Origin: Coprothermobacterota bacterium
GTDB taxonomy: Bacteria; Coprothermobacterota; Coprothermobacteria; Coprothermobacterales; Coprothermobacteraceae
Direction: 5' to 3'
Assembly (NCBI GenBank): GCA_036679065.1
Contig: JAZIGN010000003.1
Location: forward strand, 544,001-608,000
Length of the DNA: 64,000 bases
Shown piece by piece: positions 28,127 through 35,948 of this stretch. Position numbers and translations under genes: made by a program. Positions within the stretch are counted from its first letter, which is position 1. Every line of letters starts with the position of its first letter. Below the pieces are notes generated by a model. It worked only from the letters and a program-made list of their open reading frames with translations, made no database searches and was not told the origin of the DNA.

Positions 28127-29768
28127 CGCTCACCTTCTCTCCATGGATACGTGAAAAATTCTGCACTACATTAAGGCAATGGTCAGCCACACGCTCTAGG
28201 TTGGTTAGAATGTCCACGTAAATAACTGCAGCACTTACAGAGACTTCGCCTTGAATTAAGCGCTCGGTTCTTTCGTTTCTGAGTTCCTTGACTAAAGCAT
28301 CAATCTGTTCTTCCGTAAGGACGGTAACTTCTAAAATGCTTTCTGAGAAACCGTTGTCAATTACCTGCTGTGCTCTGTCCAAATTAGCCTTTACTAGACC
28401 AAAAAGCTGTTTTAAGGATTCTTGACCTTTGGGGCTAAAGTGCACATCATTTTCATACACGAATTCAGCGAACTCCATCAAGTTAGTCGCGTGGTCACCC
28501 CATCTTTCCACATCGTCCATGCTGTGAACAATGGCAGATAAATATGCCACTTCTTCTTCTGACAAGGATGTCTGTGCTAGTTTGTTTGCATACTGCAAGC
28601 CATCACTGTAAAGGTCGTCAACTAAGTTTTCCATATTCCAAATTTCTTCACCATTGTACTTTTCTTCCTTGAGAATCATTTCAACAACAGAGTTTAGCAT
28701 GCTAATGCTCACATCAGCCATGTATTTTAAGGTACTTCTAAGAGCATCTAAAGCTAAAGAAGGAGCAGACAACAAGTTTGCGTGCAAATACTCGGGCTTT
28801 GTGAAAATCTTTTCCTCACCTTTGACCAGCCACTTCACGAGCTTAGCGAAGTTATTTACTTGGAAGGCCCAAAACAAAGCCCAGACGACGTTGAACAAAG
28901 TATGGGAATTTGCTATGAGTCGCGGTAAGGAAACATCGCCGAAAACCTGAGAAATGCTTATTACGGCGTTTTGGTAAATTCCTGTAACAAGAAAAGGATA
29001 TATTAAGATGACACCGATGAGGTTGAAGAGTAGGTGAGCCACCGCCGTTCTTCTAGCACTTAGTTTGGTTCCAATAGAAGCCAAAAGAGCGGTTACGGTG
29101 GTACCAACATTTGCGCCCAGTACTAATGGTACTGCCGCGCCGAACGTCATTAATCCTTGACGTGCCATCGCCACAACTAGTGATGTTGTCGCAGATGATG
29201 ATTGTATGATGCCAGTAAATACCGCACCAGCTAATATACCCAGCCAAGGTTTAGTACTAAACGCTACTAAGAGACTTTGCAGATAAGCAGATTCCTTTAA
29301 TGGGCTGAGCCCTAGTTCCATAAACCATAGACCAGATAGAAGGAGTCCAAAAGAAAAAATCGATAGACCAATAGTCTTTGCTCTTTTCTTTTTGCCAACT
29401 AAATACGTTATCAAACCTATGGGAAGAATGAACAAGCCCCACTGTGTTATGTTGAAGGCAACTATTTGAGCAGTAATAGTAGTTCCAATATTTGCTCCAA
29501 AAATCAAACCCAGAGCTGCTTCAAATGGTAGCATACCTGCATTTACCAACGCAACTGCAACTACTGTTGTTACCGAAGAAGACTGCCAGAGAGCTGTTAC
29601 GATGATACCCGTTAATAGCGCTTTCCAAGTTGTTCCGCTAATTCGAGTGATGATGGTTCTTAGGCGAATGCCTGCTAGTTCTTTTAAATAGTCACTGAAG
29701 GCAAGCAAACCATACAAGAAGACAGAAAGGCCACCAAGAGCGAGCCCAATATATTGCAGTGGCTGCAT
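28110..29768 (-). CDS. Na/Pi cotransporter family protein with PhoU-like C-terminal domains
   Basis: Two QSSS repeats and two GAN(I/V)GTT motifs; ERWGDH and ERVADH; AAGGAGG SD. Confidence 0.95.
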   Translation of the reverse strand: MQPLQYIGLALGGLSVFLYGLLAFSDYLKELAGIRLRTIITRISGTTWKALLTGIIVTALWQSSSVTTVVAVALVNAGMLPFEAALGLIFGANIGTTITAQIVAFNITQWGLFILPIGLITYLVGKKKRAKTIGLSIFSFGLLLSGLWFMELGLSPLKESAYLQSLLVAFSTKPWLGILAGAVFTGIIQSSSATTSLVVAMARQGLMTFGAAVPLVLGANVGTTVTALLASIGTKLSARRTAVAHLLFNLIGVILIYPFLVTGIYQNAVISISQVFGDVSLPRLIANSHTLFNVVWALFWAFQVNNFAKLVKWLVKGEEKIFTKPEYLHANLLSAPSLALDALRSTLKYMADVSISMLNSVVEMILKEEKYNGEEIWNMENLVDDLYSDGLQYANKLAQTSLSEEEVAYLSAIVHSMDDVERWGDHATNLMEFAEFVYENDVHFSPKGQESLKQLFGLVKANLDRAQQVIDNGFSESILEVTVLTEEQIDALVKELRNERTERLIQGEVSVSAAVIYVDILTNLERVADHCLNVVQNFSRIHGEKVSDERRQ

Positions 29769-29864
29769 TAGTACCTCCTTATTTTGATTGGTGGTTATAT
29801 TAACTACTTTAGATTCTAACACGCCGAAGAAAGGGTAGTACAATGTTAAATGGAGGTGAACTTA

Positions 29865-31781
29865 ATGTCATTTCTAGATGAAACGGGCTCTGATCTTTTG
29901 CTAGGTAATGAAGCCATTGCCAGGGGGGCTTTGGAAGCGGATGTAGCATGCGTAGCCGCTTATCCGGGAACTCCTTCCACAGAGGTCACCGAGACGTTGA
30001 GTAAATATGCAAAGCAGACGGGTGTATATGTGGAATACTCTACAAATGAAAAGGTTGCCCTGGAAGTGGCTACGGCTTTTTCGTGGTCAAACCTAAGAGC
30101 CATGGCAACCATGAAACATGTAGGGCTTAACGTCGCAGCAGATACGTTCATGTCGCTTGCCTATCAGGGAGCGGTGGCAGGCTTGGTGATTTTGACCGCT
30201 GACGACCCAGGAATGTGGAGTTCACAAAACGAGCAAGATAACCGAATTTTCGGCAAATTCGCAGGAGTTCCTGTACTTGTTCCTTCAGATCCTCAGGAGG
30301 CTAAAGATTTTACCAAGATAGCTTTCGAACTTAGTGAATCGATTGGTGCACCGGTTCTTCTAAGGAGTACAACCCGAGTTAGTCATACGCGAAGTTCTGT
30401 AACGTTTTCCTCGTTAGGAGAAAACGTTAGGCAAGGAAACCGGAGGAAGGGCACTTTTAAGCCGGACATTGTCAGGTTCGTAAGTTTACCAGCCAACGCC
30501 AAGAAAAATCATCCTAAAGTGCTGCAGCGGTTGGACCAAGCTATCAGTTTTTCACGTAACCATGAGCTCAATAGGTTAGAAGGGTCAGGTAAAGTTGGCG
30601 TAATCACTCAGGGCGTGGAGTATCTCTATGTAAAGGAAGCGGAACGTGACTTAGGCACCCAGTTGAACATACTTAAACTGGGCATGGTTTATCCGCTGGA
30701 TAAAGAATTGATCGTGGAGTTTGCCAAACAGTTGGATGTCTTGTTGGTGGTAGAGGAGCTAGAACCATTTTTGGAAGAAATGATCAAAGCAATACTTTAC
30801 GAAGCAGGGTTGAGCGTGCCGGTGCATGGGAAAGACGTGCTCCCCAGAGTTGACGAGCTTAATTACTGGAAAGTCCGCAATGCTTTAGAAAGGATTCTGA
30901 ACCTACTGGTGACAGAGCCACAAATAGCTCAGGTGCCTTCACTTCCTCCACGACCTCCAGTGCTTTGTCCAGGCTGTGCGCATAGAAACGTTTTTTACAT
31001 GGTTAAGAAGACGGAAAGGAAATCTGTTAAACCCTCCGATATTGGTTGTTATACCTTAGGTGCGTTGGATCCATTAAAAGCTATTGATACATGTATTGCT
31101 ATGGGCGCATCGGTAGGTTTGGGGAGCGGTATGGCAAAAGCTCAAGAGGAAAGGGTCATTTCTACCATAGGTGACAGCACGTTTTTCCATACGGGTTTGC
31201 CTGCTTTGGTGAACGCAGTATATAACAGGAGCAAACTCACACTCATCGTATTGGATAACCGTATAACAGCTATGACGGGCCATCAACCTAACCCATCTAC
31301 GGGTATAACAGCTTCTGGCGACATTGGTGCTCACTTGGATATTGAGCAGGTAGCTCGTGGGCTGGGCGTTGATTATGTGAAATCTGTGGATCCATACGAT
31401 TTACAGGCTTTAGAAGAGGCTATTAAGGAAGCAAATGACTATACCGTGGCTGTTATTGTGGCTAAACAGCCATGTGCACTGCTAAGGCAGAGACAACTTC
31501 AAAGAAGAGGAGAACGTGCTCCTCTGTACGCAGTAGAAGAAGAAAAATGTACTGGGTGTAGGGTGTGTGTGAACCTGCTGGGTTGCCCAGCCTTGGTTTT
31601 TGACCGAGACAAAAAGAAAGTTTCCATTGACGAAGATCTTTGTGCGGGTTGTTCTGCCTGCGCACAAGTGTGCCCTTACAATGCCATTTACGAGAAGAGC
31701 ATTGAAGGGGAGAAGAACTTTGATGTTGTGAGTGACGAATCGAGAGCGAGGTGGCAGCAGTGGTATACAACATTGTTTTAA
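29865..31781 (+). CDS. iorA: Indolepyruvate:ferredoxin oxidoreductase alpha subunit
   Basis: GNEAIARG, YPGTPSTE, NEKVALE, KHVGLNVA, CPGCAHR, IGDSTF; C-terminal ferredoxin. Confidence 0.95.
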   Translation: MSFLDETGSDLLLGNEAIARGALEADVACVAAYPGTPSTEVTETLSKYAKQTGVYVEYSTNEKVALEVATAFSWSNLRAMATMKHVGLNVAADTFMSLAYQGAVAGLVILTADDPGMWSSQNEQDNRIFGKFAGVPVLVPSDPQEAKDFTKIAFELSESIGAPVLLRSTTRVSHTRSSVTFSSLGENVRQGNRRKGTFKPDIVRFVSLPANAKKNHPKVLQRLDQAISFSRNHELNRLEGSGKVGVITQGVEYLYVKEAERDLGTQLNILKLGMVYPLDKELIVEFAKQLDVLLVVEELEPFLEEMIKAILYEAGLSVPVHGKDVLPRVDELNYWKVRNALERILNLLVTEPQIAQVPSLPPRPPVLCPGCAHRNVFYMVKKTERKSVKPSDIGCYTLGALDPLKAIDTCIAMGASVGLGSGMAKAQEERVISTIGDSTFFHTGLPALVNAVYNRSKLTLIVLDNRITAMTGHQPNPSTGITASGDIGAHLDIEQVARGLGVDYVKSVDPYDLQALEEAIKEANDYTVAVIVAKQPCALLRQRQLQRRGERAPLYAVEEEKCTGCRVCVNLLGCPALVFDRDKKKVSIDEDLCAGCSACAQVCPYNAIYEKSIEGEKNFDVVSDESRARWQQWYTTLF

Positions 31782-32341
31782 CTGGCGTAGGTGGTCAAGG
31801 CATACTTACTGCCGCGAAGGTTTTGGGAAAAGCCGCAATGATGGCAGGCTACTATGCCGCAGTGGGTGAAATTCACGGTTTAGCTCAAAGAGGGGGCTCA
31901 GTTATTGGTTTTGTTCGTATTTCGGAAAATCCTGTTGCCTCCACAGTACCAGAGGGTACTGCAGATTTGCTTCTCTCTTTTGAGCCACTAGAAGCCATTC
32001 GCTACATAAACTATGCCAAAAAAGGTACCACATTCATAGTGAACGAGGCTAAGATGGTTCCTGTATCGGCAAACCTGGGTAGCACTGTTTATCCGCCTTC
32101 AGAAGAGATTCGCAAAAACCTAGAGGAGTTTGGGCCTTGTCATATGTTTGATGCTACGGCCTTGGCAAAGAGCCTGGGAAGTACCATTTACGTGAACAGT
32201 ATCATGCTGGGAAAGACTGCTTCTGTGCTGTCATTCTTACTTCCTAAAGAAGTCATTGAAAGAGCGCTTGAAGAAGTGCTGCCAAGAGACCTCGAAAACA
32301 ACTTAAAGGCTTTTGATTTAGGCTACCAAGTTAGTCAGTAA
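31760..32341 (+). CDS. iorB: Indolepyruvate:ferredoxin oxidoreductase beta subunit
   Basis: GVGGQG and EIHGLAQRGGSV motifs. Confidence 0.93.
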   Translation: MVYNIVLTGVGGQGILTAAKVLGKAAMMAGYYAAVGEIHGLAQRGGSVIGFVRISENPVASTVPEGTADLLLSFEPLEAIRYINYAKKGTTFIVNEAKMVPVSANLGSTVYPPSEEIRKNLEEFGPCHMFDATALAKSLGSTIYVNSIMLGKTASVLSFLLPKEVIERALEEVLPRDLENNLKAFDLGYQVSQ

Positions 32342-32372
32342 TTTGGAATTTTAACAGCGCTCATCTGTTGTA

Positions 32373-32399
32373 TATACCCCCCTCCATGGGGGGTATAAT
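32373..32399 (+). promoter_or_regulatory. CsoR/CstR-type operator overlapping -10 box
   Basis: Perfect 10-bp inverted repeat TATACCCCCC-tccat-GGGGGGTATA running into TATAAT 32394-32399. Confidence 0.8.
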
Positions 32400-32417
32400 A
32401 TTTTTGGTGATGCTTCT

Positions 32418-32684
32418 ATGAAAACAAATGACGGACCTGCTTATGGAGATGAAGTACTTCAAATGGTTAAAACAGCTGTAGGGCAACTTTCTGCGGTGGA
32501 ACGCATGCTTTCTGATGGTGTTTGCTGCACTGAGGTCGCTACTCAAATTGCTGCTGTGCAGGGGCTCATGAAGAAAATAGTTTCTCTTATGGTCCGAGAT
32601 CGTATGGCTAAATGCTTACCTGAGAAAGGCAGCGAAGAATTATCAAAAGCTTTGCAGGTCCTGATTGAAAAAACAAGTAAGTAA
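32418..32684 (+). CDS. CsoR/RcnR family repressor (CstR-like)
   Basis: GQLSAVERM...CCTEVATQIAAV...C; Cys37 and Cys66 are 29 residues apart. Confidence 0.9.
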   Translation: MKTNDGPAYGDEVLQMVKTAVGQLSAVERMLSDGVCCTEVATQIAAVQGLMKKIVSLMVRDRMAKCLPEKGSEELSKALQVLIEKTSK

Positions 32685-32727
32685 AACAATCAATGTGTAT
32701 GTAAATCAGAGAGGAGTGTATGAGCAG

Positions 32728-33912
32728 GTGAGAGCTTATTTTGACCACTGCAGATCCACTTATGTGGATAAAAGGGTTATTGATGAAATGATACCATGGT
32801 GGACCGAGAAGTACTGGGCCCCGTCTTCCTTTACCTATACCGGAACTACGGCCGCAGAAGCTATTGAGAACAGCCAGACGGTTTACGCAAAGTTCTTTGG
32901 AGGAAAACCTGACGAGGTTCACTTTGCACCCAGCCACGCTGTGGCCAATAACATTGCCATCCAGGGTGTACTTAATAACGTTGAAAGTGGTACGGTTCCC
33001 CACGTCATAACAACCTCTATTGAACACGGAACTACCATGGATTTGGTGAAGCAACTTGAGAAGCTCGGGAAAATCAAAGTTACTTACTTACCGGTGGATT
33101 CAAACGGCTTAGTGGATTTAGATGCGCTAAGTGCGAGTCTTGAAAAAGATACGGTGCTTGTAACCATGGCTGCTGTGAACTACATGGTGGGTACTATTCA
33201 ACCGGTTAAGGATATTAGTAAGATTATCAGGGACGTAAACCCAGAAGTGCTTATTCATTATGATTTGACCTGGGCTTTAGGAAGATTGCCAGATCTTGCT
33301 TTAGCACCCTATGCTGACATTATTACGGCCAGCATAGAAAGAATACATGGTCCAAAAGGTGTCACGGCCTTGTGGGTGAAAAAAGGCGTACCTGTAAAAG
33401 GTCCCATATACGGTAGTCAGGCTTATTCGAGAATTGTCCCTGGTACCCCTGACGTGCCATCCATTGTGGGTGCTGCAAAAGCATTGGAGCTTATGCAAGA
33501 CGGATTGGAACAGAAGATAGAACACATGAAACACATACGCAATCGTTTGATCAATGAAACCATGGAACTGGTTCCAGAAACATTGCTAAACGGTCCTGAG
33601 GGGGACTTAAGGTCGCCTAGCAATGTCTGTCTCACCTTTAGATATGTGGAAGGCGAATCAGTGGAGATGTACCTGGATATGGAAGATATAACGGTGGATA
33701 CTGGCTCCGCCTGTGCAAATCCATTCTTAGAGGCAAACCACGTCATACTTGCCATGTACGGAGACTATGAAAGGGCTCACGGTGCCATCAGGATGACCTT
33801 TACGTGGACCACCACTGATGAAGAAGTAGACAAATTCTTGGAAGTAATTCCAGGTATTGTGGCAAAGCTTCGCAAGATTAGTCCGTTAGCACCAAAGGTT
33901 TATAAGGAGTGA
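32728..33912 (+). CDS. IscS/NifS-like protein with degenerate PLP site
   Basis: Fold motifs EH, GPKG and TGSAC present, but SIERIHGPKG replaces S(G/A)HKxxGPKG; GAGGAG SD before GTG 32728. Confidence 0.88.
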   Translation: MRAYFDHCRSTYVDKRVIDEMIPWWTEKYWAPSSFTYTGTTAAEAIENSQTVYAKFFGGKPDEVHFAPSHAVANNIAIQGVLNNVESGTVPHVITTSIEHGTTMDLVKQLEKLGKIKVTYLPVDSNGLVDLDALSASLEKDTVLVTMAAVNYMVGTIQPVKDISKIIRDVNPEVLIHYDLTWALGRLPDLALAPYADIITASIERIHGPKGVTALWVKKGVPVKGPIYGSQAYSRIVPGTPDVPSIVGAAKALELMQDGLEQKIEHMKHIRNRLINETMELVPETLLNGPEGDLRSPSNVCLTFRYVEGESVEMYLDMEDITVDTGSACANPFLEANHVILAMYGDYERAHGAIRMTFTWTTTDEEVDKFLEVIPGIVAKLRKISPLAPKVYKE

Positions 33913-33919
33913 TTTGAGC

Positions 33920-34558
33920 ATGTCGATAAAATACAATCCTAAAGTAATTGAACATTTTAAAAACCCACATAACCAAGGGGTTATAGAAAATCCTGATGCG
34001 GAAGCTCTTGTGGGAAGCCCCGCATGTGGGGATCAGATAGCCATTTATTTGAAGATAAACAACGATGTCATCGAGGACATAAAATTTGAGTCCTACGGTT
34101 GTGCCAGCAACATAGCTACAGCTTCCATTGTTACTGATTTGGCGAAGGGGAAGACCTTAGAAGAAGCACTGTCCATTAAGTGGACAGAGGCAGTTCAGGA
34201 ACTTGGAGGACTTCCTCCTGTTAAGTACCATTGTTCAGTGCTTGCTGTGGACGGTTTAAGAGCGGCTATCAAGGACTATCTTAGAAAAACGGGTCGTCTT
34301 CCTGAAGAAGAGCTTAGCTCCGATTTAGTGCGGGAGGAACTTTACCATGTGATTTACCCGCCTCAGGGTTTGGACATAGTGTCTTTGAAGCGTGTAAAAT
34401 ACATTGGAGTTGACGATGGGAAAGTCAGAATAGAAATTTCCTTTGCTCACGATGATCCCTATTTGCAGGAAATTATCGATGAGATAAAAGAAAAAGTCTC
34501 TGACTTGTCCGGAGTAAAAGACATTGAAGTAGTAAATCAGGGAAGGGGTGATCTTTAG
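33920..34558 (+). CDS. iscU: IscU/NifU-N scaffold fused to a SufT/DUF59-like domain
   Basis: HFKNPHN, GSPACGD, YGCAS, LPPVKYHCS; C-terminal LYHVIYPPQGLDIVSL...V. Confidence 0.88.
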   Translation: MSIKYNPKVIEHFKNPHNQGVIENPDAEALVGSPACGDQIAIYLKINNDVIEDIKFESYGCASNIATASIVTDLAKGKTLEEALSIKWTEAVQELGGLPPVKYHCSVLAVDGLRAAIKDYLRKTGRLPEEELSSDLVREELYHVIYPPQGLDIVSLKRVKYIGVDDGKVRIEISFAHDDPYLQEIIDEIKEKVSDLSGVKDIEVVNQGRGDL

Positions 34559-34560
34559 AG

Positions 34561-35070
34561 ATGCAGGTACAGGTGATTTATGTTAGCAGGCATGGAGCTT
34601 CAAAGCGTTATGCTGAAGCCATTGCTGAAGCACTTGATGGTGAAGCTCAATCGGTGGAACAAGTGGAGTCTTTTTGGGGAGATGCCATTGTCTTCGTTGC
34701 CGGGGTGTACAACCACAAATTAAATCCAGACATGTTGGAGTTCATACAGGCACACAGAAGTGATCTTTATGGAAGAATGTGGGCCGGTGTGGCTATCAGT
34801 CTCATCGAAGACGAAAGAGCATGGAATGGTGAAAAAATAGGCGGACTCATCTATGTGCGACAGTACTTGGGTCTATTTGATAGGCCTCCTTTGGCTCTTG
34901 CCAATTTCCCAGGGGCTGTAGATCTAGATCAGCTTACCGAAGAAGAAAAGTCAAATATTCAAGAAGTGTTTCAAATCATGGGTGAGGATCCTCATTCAGT
35001 GGACAATGTAGACACCGAGAAGGTTTGGACATTATCTAACCGCATAAAAGAAATAGCTCGTCAGTGCTAA
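34561..35070 (+). CDS. Flavodoxin-domain protein (HemG-like)
   Basis: IYVSRHGASKRYAEAIA FMN loop. Confidence 0.8.
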   Translation: MQVQVIYVSRHGASKRYAEAIAEALDGEAQSVEQVESFWGDAIVFVAGVYNHKLNPDMLEFIQAHRSDLYGRMWAGVAISLIEDERAWNGEKIGGLIYVRQYLGLFDRPPLALANFPGAVDLDQLTEEEKSNIQEVFQIMGEDPHSVDNVDTEKVWTLSNRIKEIARQC

Positions 35071-35081
35071 TGATCACAGGA

Positions 35082-35126
35082 ATATAAAAAGGGCTCCCAG
35101 AAGCAAACTGGGAGCCTTTTTTATAT
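35082..35126. terminator. Bidirectional intrinsic terminator
   Basis: AAAAAGGGCTCCCAG-loop-CTGGGAGCCTTTTTT between convergent genes. Confidence 0.9.
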
Positions 35127-35150
35127 ATTCTTAATGGTTCTTGCTGTTAT

Positions 35151-35852
35151 TCAGAGTAGTGCGTTTTTGACATAGTCAAGCATCAGGTTCTCTGGTACGG
35201 CACCTTCCACCTCTATTTTTTCGTTTATGACAGTCTTTGGAACACCGTAGACGTTCCAGCGGTTTGTAAGTTCTTCAAACTCGCTGGCTTCTATCATATT
35301 TCCTGTGAAATTTGGGTTCAAATAAGCAAACTGGTGAGCTGTGAAGACTGCTTTGGGACAATAGGGGCAAGTAGGTGTTACGAACACATCCATTGTAATC
35401 TTAGTGTTTATGGCAGCCAGTTGAGGTAGCAAAGCTTTATTAAGTTTCACATTACCTGTTGAAAGCAGTATGATGTCGTCCAGAAGTGTTGCAAACTCAT
35501 ATCCGGCCGGAATGCCATAGAACCAAATGTTGTAGTGTTTTTCTTGTCCATCATCTTCTAAGACAGAGAATGTTATCGCTGGGTACATGAAACCGAGCGA
35601 ATCTTTCTTTAGGCCGTATTCTTGAGCAGTTTCAGGTTGCTTCAGCGGGTCGATCAAAACCAAGGAAAGTTTATCAGTTGTAGCCACAAGATCTGACATA
35701 AGTTCTTTTACTTCGTTGCAATACATACATTCACGACGTCCGGGCACGATAATATCACTTTCAGGTAAAAATGTAATTACCTTTACTGTTTTGTTCATGA
35801 CAGCGAGTCTTTTTTGGACCTCTTTTTTGTCAGATTCTTTCAAAATTGCCAT
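35151..35852 (-). CDS. Protein disulfide oxidoreductase (two thioredoxin folds, AhpF N-terminal-like)
   Basis: CMYC and CPYC motifs, GIPAGYEF, VYGVPKTVIN; GGAGG SD before ATG 35852. Confidence 0.92.
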   Translation of the reverse strand: MAILKESDKKEVQKRLAVMNKTVKVITFLPESDIIVPGRRECMYCNEVKELMSDLVATTDKLSLVLIDPLKQPETAQEYGLKKDSLGFMYPAITFSVLEDDGQEKHYNIWFYGIPAGYEFATLLDDIILLSTGNVKLNKALLPQLAAINTKITMDVFVTPTCPYCPKAVFTAHQFAYLNPNFTGNMIEASEFEELTNRWNVYGVPKTVINEKIEVEGAVPENLMLDYVKNALL

Positions 35853-35886
35853 GCAGGCACCTCCTACTTTAATAACTCCGTAAATT

Positions 35887-35920
35887 ATTATACCCGTATA
35901 CCCCACGGGGTATACGGGTA
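35887..35920 (-). promoter_or_regulatory. Second CsoR/CstR-type operator overlapping -10 box
   Basis: 14-bp inverted repeat TACCCGTATACCCC-ac-GGGGTATACGGGTA; minus-strand TATAAT at 35892-35887. Confidence 0.7.
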
Positions 35921-35948
35921 CGGGTTTACTTTTTTGGTGAAAAACCTT

